A stretch of 64,000 bases of DNA from Nitrospirota bacterium (GTDB taxonomy: Bacteria > Nitrospirota > UBA9217): contig CAVVOB010000030.1 in the NCBI GenBank assembly GCA_963749655.1, forward strand, positions 192,001 through 256,000. Reading direction: 5' to 3'. The position numbers and the translations under genes are program-made. The notes below the pieces were generated by a model, which was given only the letters and a program-made list of their open reading frames with translations, was not told where the DNA came from and did not search any database. This document shows, one piece after another, positions 10,261 to 22,195 of the stretch (its first letter is position 1; each line of letters opens with the position of its first letter).

Positions 10261-10289
10261 AATCTACAGGAACCCCTGTTTTTTGTCAA
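10261..10289 (-). promoter_or_regulatory. sigma70-type promoter of atpBE
   Basis: Minus strand TTGACA-17 nt-TAGATT. Confidence 0.6.
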
Positions 10290-10499
10290 GGAAAAACCCG
10301 GAACGATCTCATAAAATTTCTTAATAATCATATATATGATTGTTTATAAAATAGAGCAAAGGTTTATCGCGGACGAAGGTTGTGCGGCCTTGCAATGACA
10401 GGACAATTGGTCTATCTTTCATGGCAGGGGCGGCCTCGGAGCGTCGAATCCGGTCCCGTGAGCGGCAACGAGTGCGGCATAATGAGGGGATGATCTGGA

Positions 10500-11945
10500 A
10501 TGTCACAGTCCTGTTTCATCGGTGTGGATCAGGGGAGCAGTGCAACCAAGGCACTGGTACTGACCAATGAGGGCCAAATTCTGTATCAGACGCGCAGGAA
10601 CCTCACCGACGCCATGCGCGAGGGGGCACGTATCGAGCAGGATCCGCAGGAGATACTGAGATCCATACGGTCGGTTTTGGACGATGCCGTCGACGAAATG
10701 CAGAGGAATGGGATCGTTGTGCGGGGAATCGGCCTGTCGTGTCAGCGGTCATCCTGCCTCGCCTGGAACGAACCGACAGGCGATCCGATCTCCCCGGTCA
10801 TCAGCTGGCGTGACAGGCGCGGCATGGACTTCGTAGACCGGCTTGGCCGTCACTCAGATATGATCTTCGCACGGTCAGGACTGCCGCTTACCCCGTATTA
10901 CTCAGCATCCAAGTTCCGCTGGCTTCGCAACACGATCGAAGACCCGGAGGCAATCTATGGTACCCTCAGCAGTTTCCTCATTCAACAGCTGACCGGAAAT
11001 AAGGTCGCAGTGGCGGACCATACCAGTGCCGCCAGGACGCAGCTCATGAACATCCGGACCCTTACATGGGATTCCGGATTGTGCGAGGTTTTCGAGCTCC
11101 CGGGAATCAGGCTGCCCCGCATCGCTCCTACCCTCCACAACTTCGGTCGCGTCGCAACGCCGGCCGGACCGGTGCCGATCCTTGCCAGTATCGGGGACCA
11201 GCAGGCTGCTCTGGTCGGACTCGGAGTGGTCGAAAAGGGAGACGGCGGAATCAATTATGGAACCGGCGGATTTCTCATGGTGAATACGGGCACCGACCTT
11301 GTCCCTGCGCGCAGACTGATGGCATCGATTCACTATTCGACCGACAGGGAGCAACGGTACCTACTCGAAGGAAGCGTGAATGCAGTGGGCGACGCCCTGG
11401 AATGGGCACGGACCGGCCTCTCGCTGTTCGCCGAACCGGCGGACGTTGATGCCCTGTGCTGGAGGGCCGCGACTGATGTGACTGCGTTTTGCGGTTTGAA
11501 CGGGACCGGGGCGCCTCATTGGGAGCGGGAAATTTCGAGTTCATTCCACGGCCTGTCTTCAGAAAGTACGAATGCCGACATGCTCCGTGCCATCGTGGAA
11601 GGAATAGTCTTTTTCATGAAGGACATTGCAGATGAACTGGCTGCGAGCTTCATTGAACCGTCGTCGTATGCGCTTTCAGGGGGTCTGTCTGCGGTCACGT
11701 ATCTTGCCCGGGCGCAGGCAGATATTCTGGGGAAGGACATCCGGGTCAGCTCATCGACGGAAGCTTCGGCCCTTGGGGCGGCAATGCTTGCCGGCATGCA
11801 ATACGGGGCCTGGACGGCCGCTGATATAAAAACGATGTCGCTGCCCGGTGAGATCGTTCGGGGAACGGCAAATCCCGGCCTCGAACGACGGTACCGCCGG
11901 TGGAAGGAACTCCACAGGATGACGAAGGCGCTCGATGAGCTGTAA
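10500..11945 (+). CDS. FGGY-family carbohydrate kinase (glycerol kinase-like)
   Basis: GVDQGSSATK, EQDP, GDQQAA, YGTG, LLEG, EASALGAA. Confidence 0.85.
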   Translation: MSQSCFIGVDQGSSATKALVLTNEGQILYQTRRNLTDAMREGARIEQDPQEILRSIRSVLDDAVDEMQRNGIVVRGIGLSCQRSSCLAWNEPTGDPISPVISWRDRRGMDFVDRLGRHSDMIFARSGLPLTPYYSASKFRWLRNTIEDPEAIYGTLSSFLIQQLTGNKVAVADHTSAARTQLMNIRTLTWDSGLCEVFELPGIRLPRIAPTLHNFGRVATPAGPVPILASIGDQQAALVGLGVVEKGDGGINYGTGGFLMVNTGTDLVPARRLMASIHYSTDREQRYLLEGSVNAVGDALEWARTGLSLFAEPADVDALCWRAATDVTAFCGLNGTGAPHWEREISSSFHGLSSESTNADMLRAIVEGIVFFMKDIADELAASFIEPSSYALSGGLSAVTYLARAQADILGKDIRVSSSTEASALGAAMLAGMQYGAWTAADIKTMSLPGEIVRGTANPGLERRYRRWKELHRMTKALDEL

Positions 11946-12246
11946 ACTGTACCGCGTTGGTCGGTGAGTGAAGGTGCTGTTCCGGAATAGACGCCGGCCT
12001 TATCCCGTGCGGGTATTTTCCCTTTCCCGGATGGAGAGCCAACAATGCAAAAAGCTGCACCATGTAACATCCTTCCGTGCTGGTAAGGATTTCTTTCAGC
12101 ATTTTTTTTCAATAGTTGCCTTTGCGCGCTTCTGCTCTCCGTAACAAAGTACTTGCCTTCTCAGCGTTGATGTAGTATTTTCCCCGAGAAAATGCACTTA
12201 TGATGAAGCGTTCTTATTTGTTCGTTCCGTTCAGGAGGATGTTGCC

Positions 12247-12912
12247 GTGAAACGAATCACCTGTCTTGCAGTGATGCTTTGTATCGTTGTTCTTGCCGGA
12301 TGCGCGTCAATCGTCGGTCCCTCTAGCGACGATCCGGCGGTGAAGCTGAAATGGGCGTCGGAACTGTTCAACAGCAAAGACGAACCGGCCGAGGCGGAGG
12401 AGCTGATTCGCGAGGCGATCAGGATCTACAAAAAAGAAAATAACCAGCTCGGTCTCGCCGAAGCATACCGGCAATATGGACTCTTTTATCGGTCGAATGC
12501 CGTTGTTAAATTCGAGTTCTATTTCCGCGAGAAGGGTTTCGAAGAACATACCGTCAAATACGACCAGCGATATGAGAAGGCGATCGAGTGTTTCAGCAAA
12601 GCCAGAGACCTCTTCGCGGACTACGGACACATCGACAAGGTGTCCAACCTCTACATCAGCCTTGCCAAAACATACGATATGATGAATCGCCAGAAGGAAG
12701 CCTGCGACGCGTACAACAAGGGGCTTGAGAATTTTACCGCCTACAAGCAGCAGAATCCCGAGGCGCTTGAGTTGCGCTCCGAAGAGATGCAGAGGTATAC
12801 GGAGTACATCGGCATCATGAAAAAGCAGTCCGGTTGTCCGGAAGAGGCTGCCACCGGTGGCGGCACGGGTAGTGAGCGCGGAGAGCAGGGCAGGGACAGG
12901 AAGGCGACGTAG
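12247..12912 (+). CDS. TPR-like helical lipoprotein
   Basis: SD AGGAGG, lipobox LAGC, TPR-like helices. Confidence 0.75.
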   Translation: MKRITCLAVMLCIVVLAGCASIVGPSSDDPAVKLKWASELFNSKDEPAEAEELIREAIRIYKKENNQLGLAEAYRQYGLFYRSNAVVKFEFYFREKGFEEHTVKYDQRYEKAIECFSKARDLFADYGHIDKVSNLYISLAKTYDMMNRQKEACDAYNKGLENFTAYKQQNPEALELRSEEMQRYTEYIGIMKKQSGCPEEAATGGGTGSERGEQGRDRKAT

Positions 12913-12989
12913 AACAGCAAAGGGTAAATAAAAGGCCCTGTCGACGCACATGCGGGGGGCCTGGGTAATACACGGAATAGGCGCGGCTT

Positions 12990-14343
<1,354 letters not shown>

Positions 14344-14400
14344 TTAACAAGACCGGGGCAGCTGCCTGCCCCGGTCGCAACGAAACATGGTTCCCGGTGG

Positions 14401-15285
14401 CTATTTGAGCTGTGCCGCCACTTCGTCGGCGAAGTTTTCCTTCTTCTTTTCAATGCCCTCGCCGAGCTGGAATCGGACAAATCGGTTTATAACGGTGTTG
14501 TCACCCGACTTCTTCAGGACGTCCCTGACCTTCAGCTTTCCGTCGGGGTCCTTGATGTAGATCTGATCCATCAGGCAGGAGTCGGAGTAGAATTTTTCAA
14601 GTTTCCCTTCGACGATTTTGCCGATGACGGCCGCAGGCTTGCCCGATTCCTTGGCCTGTCCTTCGTAGACCGAGCGTTCGCGGGCGAGAATATCAGCCGG
14701 GACCGTCTCACGGTTCAGAAATTGCGGGTTCGCGGCAGCGATGTGCATGGCGATGTCTTTGCCCAGCTGTTCGTTCCCGCCGGAATAATCCACCATGACC
14801 CCGATACGGTTGCCGTGAAGATACACTGCGATCTGGCCCGAGGTCTCATAGCTCTGGAAGCGCCGGATAGCGATATTTTCACCGATTTTCTGGACCAGGG
14901 CGTTTCTGCGTGCTTCAATGTTGTCACCGTCGATGGTCAGCAATGAAAGTGCCGCGACGTCCGCGGGCTTTTTTGCAGCTACGAGTTCGGCCAGCCCCTT
15001 GGCGAATTTCTGGAACTCTTCGTTCTTCGCAACGAAATCGGTTTCGCTGTTTACCTCGATCAGAACCCCTGTCTTGCCGCTGTTCTGGATTGAAGATGCG
15101 ATCATGCCTTCTGCCGCCACGCGCGATGCCTTTTTCGCTGCCGCAGACAGCCCTTTTTTCCTCAGGATGTCGACGGCCTTTTCAAATTCGCCGCCGGCCT
15201 CTTCCAGGGCCTTCTTGGCCTCCATCATGCCGACACCGGTTTTTTCTCTCAGATCCTTGACTGCGCTTGCTGATATTGTTGCCAT
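14401..15285 (-). CDS. tsf: Elongation factor Ts
   Basis: VKDLREKTGVGMME, EVNSETDFVAKN. Confidence 0.97.
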   Translation of the reverse strand: MATISASAVKDLREKTGVGMMEAKKALEEAGGEFEKAVDILRKKGLSAAAKKASRVAAEGMIASSIQNSGKTGVLIEVNSETDFVAKNEEFQKFAKGLAELVAAKKPADVAALSLLTIDGDNIEARRNALVQKIGENIAIRRFQSYETSGQIAVYLHGNRIGVMVDYSGGNEQLGKDIAMHIAAANPQFLNRETVPADILARERSVYEGQAKESGKPAAVIGKIVEGKLEKFYSDSCLMDQIYIKDPDGKLKVRDVLKKSGDNTVINRFVRFQLGEGIEKKKENFADEVAAQLK

Positions 15286-15334
15286 TTTTGCATAAACCCC
15301 TTTCTTCACTGCCTGCTCCGTCGCTAGGCAGGGT

Positions 15335-16135
15335 CTAAGCCACATCCTCGTCGGCGTCCGTATCTGCCTCTTCTGCCGCGGGCTCTGCTGCGATCGGTTC
15401 GGTTGCACCGGCAGCCTTGGCCGCTTCCATGGCCTCGCCCTGTTCTTTGACGATGGCTTGCCTGCCCTCGATGACGGCATCTGCAATTTTTGACGCCATC
15501 AAACGAATGGCACGAATCGCGTCGTCGTTGCCGGGGATGACATAGTCGATGTTATCGGGATCGCAGTTCGTATCGACAACGGAGACAACGGGGATGTTCA
15601 GTTTGTTCGCTTCCTGGACCGCAATGGTTTCCTTGCGGGGATCGATAACGAAGATCAAGGACGGCGGCTGCGTCATTGATTTAATACCGGACAGGATTCT
15701 TTCCAGCTTGGTGCGTTCCTTTTCGAGGCCAGCGACTTCCTTCTTCGTCAGCTTGTCGTAGGTGCCGTCTTCCTTCATTTTCTCTATTTTTTTGAGCCGG
15801 TCGATACTTTTTCTGATGGTGGCGAAATTGGTCAGCATGCCGCCAAGCCAGCGATTGGAGACATAGTACATGCCGCATCGTTTGGCTTCTTCAGTGATGG
15901 CATCCTGAGCCTGTTTCTTGGTTCCGACAAAAAGGACGTCTTTGCCTTCGGAAGCCGATGTGCGGACAAATTCATAAGCTTCTTTGAAGAGTTTGAGCGT
16001 CTTCTGCAGGTCGATAATGTATATGCCGTTTCGCTCGCCAAAAATATACTTCTTCATCTTGGGGTTCCAGCGTTTGGCCTGATGGCCGAAATGAACCCCT
16101 GCTTCCAACAACTCCTTCATGGTGATCGTGGACAT
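15335..16135 (-). CDS. rpsB: 30S ribosomal protein S2
   Basis: [25 protein letters not shown]. Confidence 0.98.
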   Translation of the reverse strand: MSTITMKELLEAGVHFGHQAKRWNPKMKKYIFGERNGIYIIDLQKTLKLFKEAYEFVRTSASEGKDVLFVGTKKQAQDAITEEAKRCGMYYVSNRWLGGMLTNFATIRKSIDRLKKIEKMKEDGTYDKLTKKEVAGLEKERTKLERILSGIKSMTQPPSLIFVIDPRKETIAVQEANKLNIPVVSVVDTNCDPDNIDYVIPGNDDAIRAIRLMASKIADAVIEGRQAIVKEQGEAMEAAKAAGATEPIAAEPAAEEADTDADEDVA

Positions 16136-16139
16136 GATG

Positions 16140-16232
16140 TCCCTCCTTCGGTTTTACCTCCGCACAGATCCACCCTTCTGCAGACCCTCTTTTTTAGGGG
16201 GCACCCTGCTTAAGGTCCCTGGCGTGTGTAAT
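16140..16232 (-). ncRNA. rpsB (S2) autoregulatory leader
   Basis: Minus strand ACACACGC...GGGTGC...GTGCGGAGG...AACC directly upstream of rpsB. Confidence 0.6.
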
Positions 16233-16431
16233 GTGATATAGCCTTTCAAAAAGGCGATCCATAAAATACCATAGAGTCAGGTTTATTTCAAGGAAAATGT
16301 ATGCTCATAAGCCGATTTAATTTAAGGTTTATGCCGGGCTTTTTTCGCATTTTTTATTCTGTTTATCCGGTTTTCTCACAGATGCAAAAGAATATAATCG
16401 TAATACTGTTGAAAAAACAACAGGTTTTGTT

Positions 16432-16448
16432 CTGGCACGTCTGATGCA
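16432..16448 (+). promoter_or_regulatory. sigma54 (-24/-12) promoter
   Basis: CTGGCACGTCTGATGCA with GG-N10-GC spacing, 37 nt before ATG. Confidence 0.75.
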
Positions 16449-16485
16449 GTTATAGGGGTAAAAGAAGGCAAAGGAGGATACGACC

Positions 16486-16830
16486 ATGAAAACAAACATC
16501 TCAAGAAAAGCAGCTTACATCGGTGCAGGAGCGGGTCTGGTCCTGTTTGCTTTGTTCGGTCTTATGCCAGGGAGCCTGTTGGGAGGCGCGGCCGGCATTA
16601 ATATAGCCGGGTGGTTGTTCGGACTTCCGCTTCAGCCCGGACTTGTATCAAGGGCTATTGTCCTTTTGTCCATGCTTACCGGCGTTCTGGTTGCCGGTAT
16701 TGTGATCGTGACGGCAACATCAACAGTTGGCTGGCTTGTCGGAAAGGTTCTTGAATCCGGGATGCAGGCCAAAGAGACGGGCGAAGAAAAAGAATTATCC
16801 AAGGCAACCAAAGTTGACGAAAGGAGATAG
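16486..16830 (+). CDS. Small Gly-rich membrane protein (paralog A)
   Basis: SD AAGGAGG; hydrophobic; aligns with the next gene. Confidence 0.85.
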   Translation: MKTNISRKAAYIGAGAGLVLFALFGLMPGSLLGGAAGINIAGWLFGLPLQPGLVSRAIVLLSMLTGVLVAGIVIVTATSTVGWLVGKVLESGMQAKETGEEKELSKATKVDERR

Positions 16831-16832
16831 CT

Positions 16833-17150
16833 ATGAAAAACGAAACAGTAAAGACGGGGATGAAGATAGGCGCAGTGGCGGGCGGACTTGTGTTTCTGGT
16901 TTTCGGAATCATGCCGGGGTTCTACTTTGGAAGTTATGGTACTCTTATCCTGCTTCAGAAGTTGATGGGCGGAACTGTTGAGCCTACGCTGATTGTTCGT
17001 GCAGTGGTGGTTATGGGAATCGTGGTCGGAATCGCCTGCGCAGCTGCAGTGAGCATCGTCGTCGGGGGACTTCTCGGTACGGCTTTGGGGTTTATCGTGT
17101 CCGCGCCAAGCGCAGTCCGCGAAAAACAGGCGGCTTCAGAGAAAGGATAA
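16833..17150 (+). CDS. Small Gly-rich membrane protein (paralog B)
   Basis: SD AAGGAG; starts 2 nt after the upstream stop. Confidence 0.85.
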   Translation: MKNETVKTGMKIGAVAGGLVFLVFGIMPGFYFGSYGTLILLQKLMGGTVEPTLIVRAVVVMGIVVGIACAAAVSIVVGGLLGTALGFIVSAPSAVREKQAASEKG

Positions 17151-17244
17151 TGGATTCTATTCCCTGAATGCAGGATTTTTGTACGGCTTGCGCTATTGGT
17201 GCAGCAAACAGGCTCTTCTAAAGAGCAAAAAGCGTTAAAACTAG

Positions 17245-17284
17245 ACAGCAATGGCGGTGATCACTCACCGCCATTGCTGTTTTT
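17245..17284 (+). terminator. Intrinsic terminator
   Basis: ACAGCAATGGCGGTGA/TCACCGCCATTGCTGT stem plus T-run. Confidence 0.8.
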
Positions 17285-17425
17285 AAAGGCAGACTTGTCC
17301 ATTTTGCTGGGGAAGGGGAAGCGTTGATGATGAATATAACATTTTGATATAATGATATTTTATAGCACCTGCTCCTAGGTCCGCACCCTTCAGGATGCGT
17401 AGCCATAACGAGCATACAAAAAGGC

Positions 17426-17454
17426 TTGACAAAAAAGACAAAATTGTTTATATT
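17426..17454 (+). promoter_or_regulatory. sigma70 promoter of rplM-rpsI
   Basis: TTGACA-17 nt-TATATT. Confidence 0.75.
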
Positions 17455-17501
17455 CGCGTTTCTTGATAATTACTAATATTTCATCAACAAGGTGGTTAAG
17501 T

Positions 17502-17933
17502 ATGGGAACGTTCTCAGCAAAAAAAGAAGATGTCAAGAGGAGCTGGCATATCGTCGATGCGAACGGCAAGACTCTCGGCAGGCTTGCAACGGTTGTGGCC
17601 TCGGTACTAAAAGGCAAGACCAAGCCTATTTATACGCGGCATGTGGATACTGGCGATTTTGTGATTGTTGTGAACGCCGAGAAAATACATTTGACCGGTA
17701 AAAAGCTTGAGCAAAAAAATTATTACAGCCATTCCGGCTTCCCCGGAGGGCTTAAGACTATCACCGCGGGCAAACTTCTCAAGACCAAGCCCGAACAGGT
17801 TCTGGTGAAAGCTGTAGAAGGAATGCTCCCGAAAACCCAGTTGGGCAAGCAAATGCTCTCCAAGCTGAAGGTATATGCCGGGGAAAAACACCCGCATATC
17901 GCGCAGCAGCCGGCGGAGTTGAAGATTAAATAA
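17502..17933 (+). CDS. rplM: 50S ribosomal protein L13
   Basis: [25 protein letters not shown]. Confidence 0.97.
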   Translation: MGTFSAKKEDVKRSWHIVDANGKTLGRLATVVASVLKGKTKPIYTRHVDTGDFVIVVNAEKIHLTGKKLEQKNYYSHSGFPGGLKTITAGKLLKTKPEQVLVKAVEGMLPKTQLGKQMLSKLKVYAGEKHPHIAQQPAELKIK

Positions 17934-17961
17934 CGATTCGGAACGCGTCAGGAGGATGTTA

Positions 17962-18363
17962 ATGTCAGCGGCAACAGTATCGAGATATTATGCAACAGGC
18001 AGACGAAAAAATTCCATCGCTCGTGTATGGATGATGCCGGGATCCGGGAAGGTCACCATCAACGACCGGCCCATGGACCAGTACTTCGGCAGGGACGTGC
18101 TGAAAATGATCATTCGACAGCCTTTTGAAGTAACCGGTACTGTCGATAAATTCGATGTCCTCGTAAGCGTGCTCGGAGGGGGTAATTCCGGCCAGGCAGG
18201 CGCCATCAGGCACGGCATTTCCAAGGCGCTGCTTGCCGTCGACGCAGAATCACGCGTCAAACTCCGTAAAGAAGGGCTTCTGACCCGCGATCCTCGCGCC
18301 AAGGAGCGCAAGAAGTATGGTCAGAAGGGAGCCCGTGCGCGGTTCCAGTTCTCCAAGAGATAA
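17962..18363 (+). CDS. rpsI: 30S ribosomal protein S9
   Basis: [26 protein letters not shown]. Confidence 0.97.
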   Translation: MSAATVSRYYATGRRKNSIARVWMMPGSGKVTINDRPMDQYFGRDVLKMIIRQPFEVTGTVDKFDVLVSVLGGGNSGQAGAIRHGISKALLAVDAESRVKLRKEGLLTRDPRAKERKKYGQKGARARFQFSKR

Positions 18364-18416
18364 GGGATCATATACCTAAATCTGTGTTCTTGCAAGTTGC
18401 AGATCCTGTTCAGTTC

Positions 18417-18447
18417 AAGGGAAGGTAGAGATGCCTTCCCTTTTTTT
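18417..18447 (+). terminator. Intrinsic terminator
   Basis: AAGGGAAGGTA/TGCCTTCCCTT stem plus T-run. Confidence 0.75.
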
Positions 18448-18596
18448 GTTGTCTTGTGAGCGGTAGCCATGAGCCGGCCCTGATCTTCGTGACGCAGTTC
18501 CGCGTCTCCCGGCTGCGGGAGCTGCAGGAGATGGGAAGGCGCATCGTTTTGAGCTGAAGGGGGTCAGGGGGGCTTTTTGATTTAGCTGGCTGCAGG

Positions 18597-19661
18597 ATGG
18601 ACGTTACCATGAGTGAGTCGAGAATAAGAGTGGCAATCGTGGGGTCGAGCGGATATACGGGCGGCGAGCTGTATCGGCTGCTGCTTCATCACGGCCGTGT
18701 CGCCGTCGCCGCAGTCACATCGGAAAAGTCCGCAGGCAAGCCGATAACGACGATATTTCCGCACCTCGCTGGTCTTACGGACCTGGTTTGCGAATCCCTT
18801 GATCCGGAAGTCATCGCCCGCAAAGCAGATGTTGTTTTTCTCGCCCTGCCTCATGTCACGGCACAGGAAGCCGCATTTCGCTTCCACCAAGCCGGAAAGA
18901 AGGTTGTGGATCTCTCCGCCGACTATCGAATCGCGGACCCGGCAGTGTACGAAAAGTGGTACGAGCATCGTCACCAGTACCCGGACCTTCTCAAAAGCGC
19001 CGTCTATGGGCTGCCCGAACTGCACCGGGCGAACATCAGGAAGGCCTCACTCATTGCAAATCCGGGATGTTACCCGACCAGCGCCATCTTAGGACTGGCG
19101 CCGCTTGTGGCCGGGTCGGTCATCGACAACTCGACGATCATCATCGACTCCAAATCAGGAGTGTCGGGTGCCGGTCGCAGCCCGTCGCTTGCCTTCCATT
19201 TTCCCGAGGCAAACGAAGGTCTGATGGCATACAAGATCGGTACTCACCGGCACACGCCTGAGATTGAGCAGGAACTTGCTGGACTCGCGGGGAAGCCGGT
19301 CACCGTTTCCTTCACGCCTCACCTGATCCCTATGAATCGGGGGATTCTGACAACGATCTATGCCGCTTTGACCGCGACAACCGATACAGGCATGTTGCAT
19401 GCCAGGTACCGTGAGTTTTATCGGAGCGAGCCGTTCGTCCGCGTGCTGCCTCTTGGACAGCTCCCGAATGTACGGAACGTGCAGGGCTCGAATTTTTGTG
19501 ATATCGGCGTTACGGTCGACTCCCGCACAAACCGCGCCGTGGTCGTATCGGCCATTGATAACCTCGTCAAGGGCGCCTCGGGACAGGCGATTCAAAATAT
19601 GAACCTGATGCTGGGGTTTGAGGAAACGGAAGGGCTTAAGTTCGCCGGTCTGTTTCCGTGA
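18597..19661 (+). CDS. argC: N-acetyl-gamma-glutamyl-phosphate reductase
   Basis: GSSGYTG, ANPGCYPT, DNLVKGASGQA. Confidence 0.96.
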   Translation: MDVTMSESRIRVAIVGSSGYTGGELYRLLLHHGRVAVAAVTSEKSAGKPITTIFPHLAGLTDLVCESLDPEVIARKADVVFLALPHVTAQEAAFRFHQAGKKVVDLSADYRIADPAVYEKWYEHRHQYPDLLKSAVYGLPELHRANIRKASLIANPGCYPTSAILGLAPLVAGSVIDNSTIIIDSKSGVSGAGRSPSLAFHFPEANEGLMAYKIGTHRHTPEIEQELAGLAGKPVTVSFTPHLIPMNRGILTTIYAALTATTDTGMLHARYREFYRSEPFVRVLPLGQLPNVRNVQGSNFCDIGVTVDSRTNRAVVVSAIDNLVKGASGQAIQNMNLMLGFEETEGLKFAGLFP

Positions 19662-19745
19662 ACTGCGATGCCCAGGGTTTTTCCGCCAACCGCATTTTTC
19701 GGAAAGGCCTCGCAGCGATATCATACGTACAAACAGGGGTAGATC

Positions 19746-20951
19746 ATGAGAATTCTGGATGCAAAAAATTTCTCCATTCCCGGTTATAAAGTTTGGGGCA
19801 TCTCCTGCGGTATCAAGAAAGTCGAGAAAAAAGATCTGGCGATTATTTATTCTGACCGCGAGGCGGCCGTCGCCGGTGTATTCACAAAGAACAAGGTCAA
19901 GGCCGCCCCTGTTCTGCTGGACGCCGTGAAGGTAAAGTCCGGCAAAGGGCAGGTGATTATTGCAAACAGCGGCTGCGCCAATGCCTGTACGGGAAAACGC
20001 GGGCTTGCTGATGCACGGGCTACGGCGGAGATTGCAGCGCGCGAACTAGGGCTGAAACCCGACGCGGTGTATGTGGCTTCGACCGGCGTGATTGGCGAGT
20101 TCCTGCCGATGACAAAAGTACACAATGGCATCGCGACAGCCGTGGGTTTGTTGTCCTCCATGGGGTGGGAGCAGGCAGCAGAGGCCATCATGACAACTGA
20201 CATCTATCCGAAGCTTTCGATAGTCCAGGAGGAAATCAGCGGGAAAACCGTGACCGTCGCCGGCATCGCCAAGGGATCTGGCATGATTCATCCGAATATG
20301 GCAACCATGCTCTGTTTTATCGTTACCGACGCCGTAATATCGGCCCCTTTGCTCAAGAAGACGCTGGTGACCTCAGCAGAGAGATCATTTAACATGATCA
20401 CCGTCGACGGTGATATGAGCACGAATGACACCGTTCTGTGCATGGCGAACGGCGCCGCCGGTAATAGACGGATAGCCGCGGCCAGCAAGGAACATAAAAA
20501 ATTTCAGGCCTGCCTTGACGCGGTTGCGCGCTCGCTGGCCAAACAGGTTGTTCGGGACGGCGAAGGGGCCACAAAGTTTGTGGAAATTGAAGTGAGGAAC
20601 GCCAAAACCCCCGACGAAGCCAGGCGCGCAGGCGACACAGTAGCTAAGTCCAGTCTTGTCAAGACCGCCCTTTTCGGAGAGGACGCCAATTGGGGGAGAA
20701 TCATGGCCGCACTCGGGTACTCCGGAGTGGACATGGACGAGTCGCGAACCGACATTTATATCGGCAAAACGAAGCTCGTGGAAAAAGGGATAGGTGCAGG
20801 GAAGTCGGCGGAACGCGAAGCGTCCCTTGCACTTAAGCAGCGTGAGGTTCAGATCGTCATTGATCTCCACAAGGGCAAGGGAAGCGCAACAGTCTGGACC
20901 TGCGATCTTTCGTATGAATATGTCAAAATAAATGCTGCCTATCGCAGTTGA
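19746..20951 (+). CDS. argJ: Ornithine acetyltransferase / N-acetylglutamate synthase
   Basis: IMTTD, KGSGMIHPNMATML, DGEGATK, WTCDLS. Confidence 0.96.
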   Translation: MRILDAKNFSIPGYKVWGISCGIKKVEKKDLAIIYSDREAAVAGVFTKNKVKAAPVLLDAVKVKSGKGQVIIANSGCANACTGKRGLADARATAEIAARELGLKPDAVYVASTGVIGEFLPMTKVHNGIATAVGLLSSMGWEQAAEAIMTTDIYPKLSIVQEEISGKTVTVAGIAKGSGMIHPNMATMLCFIVTDAVISAPLLKKTLVTSAERSFNMITVDGDMSTNDTVLCMANGAAGNRRIAAASKEHKKFQACLDAVARSLAKQVVRDGEGATKFVEIEVRNAKTPDEARRAGDTVAKSSLVKTALFGEDANWGRIMAALGYSGVDMDESRTDIYIGKTKLVEKGIGAGKSAEREASLALKQREVQIVIDLHKGKGSATVWTCDLSYEYVKINAAYRS

Positions 20952-21183
20952 TTTCTTCAGTGGGGTAAAGCCCCGTTTCACGAGTGTCCAGCTATGAAAC
21001 TAGCTGAAAATTCGAAGATAAATTTCCTTGACATTCGCCTATCAAGCTGTTAATTATAGTGATTACGTCTTATTGCTATTGGGCGATTCCGTCACTATCG
21101 CATTTTCCATCTATAAACATTGATTGATAAACAAGTAAATTATTTATTTTACAAAGACTTACCAGGAGGGGGGTGTAGCAAGA

Positions 21184-21384
21184 GTGCCGAGTATCAGATT
21201 GCGGGAGAACGAGCCCTTTGAGGCCGCACTCCGTAGGTTCAAAAAAAGCATAGAAAAAGAAGGCGTGCTCTCGGAGGTCAAAAAAAGGGAGCATTATGAA
21301 AAACCGAGCGTGAAGAAGAAGAAAAAGGCGTTGGCTGCTCGCAAGAAGGCAGCCAAGACCGCGCGGATGTACCGACATAATTAG
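21184..21384 (+). CDS. rpsU: 30S ribosomal protein S21
   Basis: [15 protein letters not shown]. Confidence 0.96.
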   Translation: MPSIRLRENEPFEAALRRFKKSIEKEGVLSEVKKREHYEKPSVKKKKKALAARKKAAKTARMYRHN

Positions 21385-21446
21385 CAGGTTCACTAGAGGT
21401 CTAACCGGGCTGTAGCGGCTACCACCAGCAGGAGTCAAGGGAGAGC

Positions 21447-21890
21447 ATGCAATTACGCGAGCAAATAGAGACTGATACAAAAAACGCCCTCAAGTCCGGA
21501 GCGAAAGATAAGGTGTCGACGCTGCGGATGCTGAATGCCGCCCTGAAAAACAAGCAGATCGAAAAGCGCCGGCCGCTCTCCGAGGAGGAAGTGGTCGAAA
21601 CCGTGCGGACCCTCATCAAACAGCGTAAAGATTCCATTGAACAGTTTGCTAAGGGAGGCAGGCAGGATCTCGTAGACAAGGAAAGCGCAGAAGTGATCGT
21701 GCTCGAAGTCTACCTGCCGCAGCAGTTGACCCGCGAAGAACTCGCCGGAATGGTGCAGACTGCTATCAACCAGACCGGCGCGCAGGGAGCAAAAGACATG
21801 GGCAAGGTTATGAAAGCGCTCATTCCCCTGGTGGGCGCCCGTGCTGACGGGAAGCTGATAAGTGAACTGGTAAAAAATGCGCTGGGATAA
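21447..21890 (+). CDS. GatB/YqeY domain protein
   Basis: KQRKDSIEQF, YLPQQL, KDMGKVM. Confidence 0.92.
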   Translation: MQLREQIETDTKNALKSGAKDKVSTLRMLNAALKNKQIEKRRPLSEEEVVETVRTLIKQRKDSIEQFAKGGRQDLVDKESAEVIVLEVYLPQQLTREELAGMVQTAINQTGAQGAKDMGKVMKALIPLVGARADGKLISELVKNALG

Positions 21891-21939
21891 CGCTCAGATG
21901 TGCACGGCCGACGTGCCATTCTCTTACAACGGTGCTGAA

Positions 21940-21977
21940 CAGGGGGCCGGGTAGACCGAGGCCCCCTGATTTTTTTT
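21940..21977 (+). terminator. Intrinsic terminator
   Basis: CAGGGGGCC/GGCCCCCTG stem plus T8. Confidence 0.75.
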
Positions 21978-22195
21978 CTGACGTTTTGGACTGCCGACGC
22001 GTCAGCTTCTCTGCACCGCTTCGATGTCCCGGCTCTTTCTGCAACGAGATCAGCATGTGTGGTAGGGACCCTATTTAATTTTTCTGGCCGCGTGGTTGCG
22101 GTTTGTCCCGTAGGTCGCGGGGTTCTGTACCGGCCCCTTGTGTTTCGTGCCTACGCTGCTGCTTTCATAGTGCACACATGATTGAGACGTATGTA

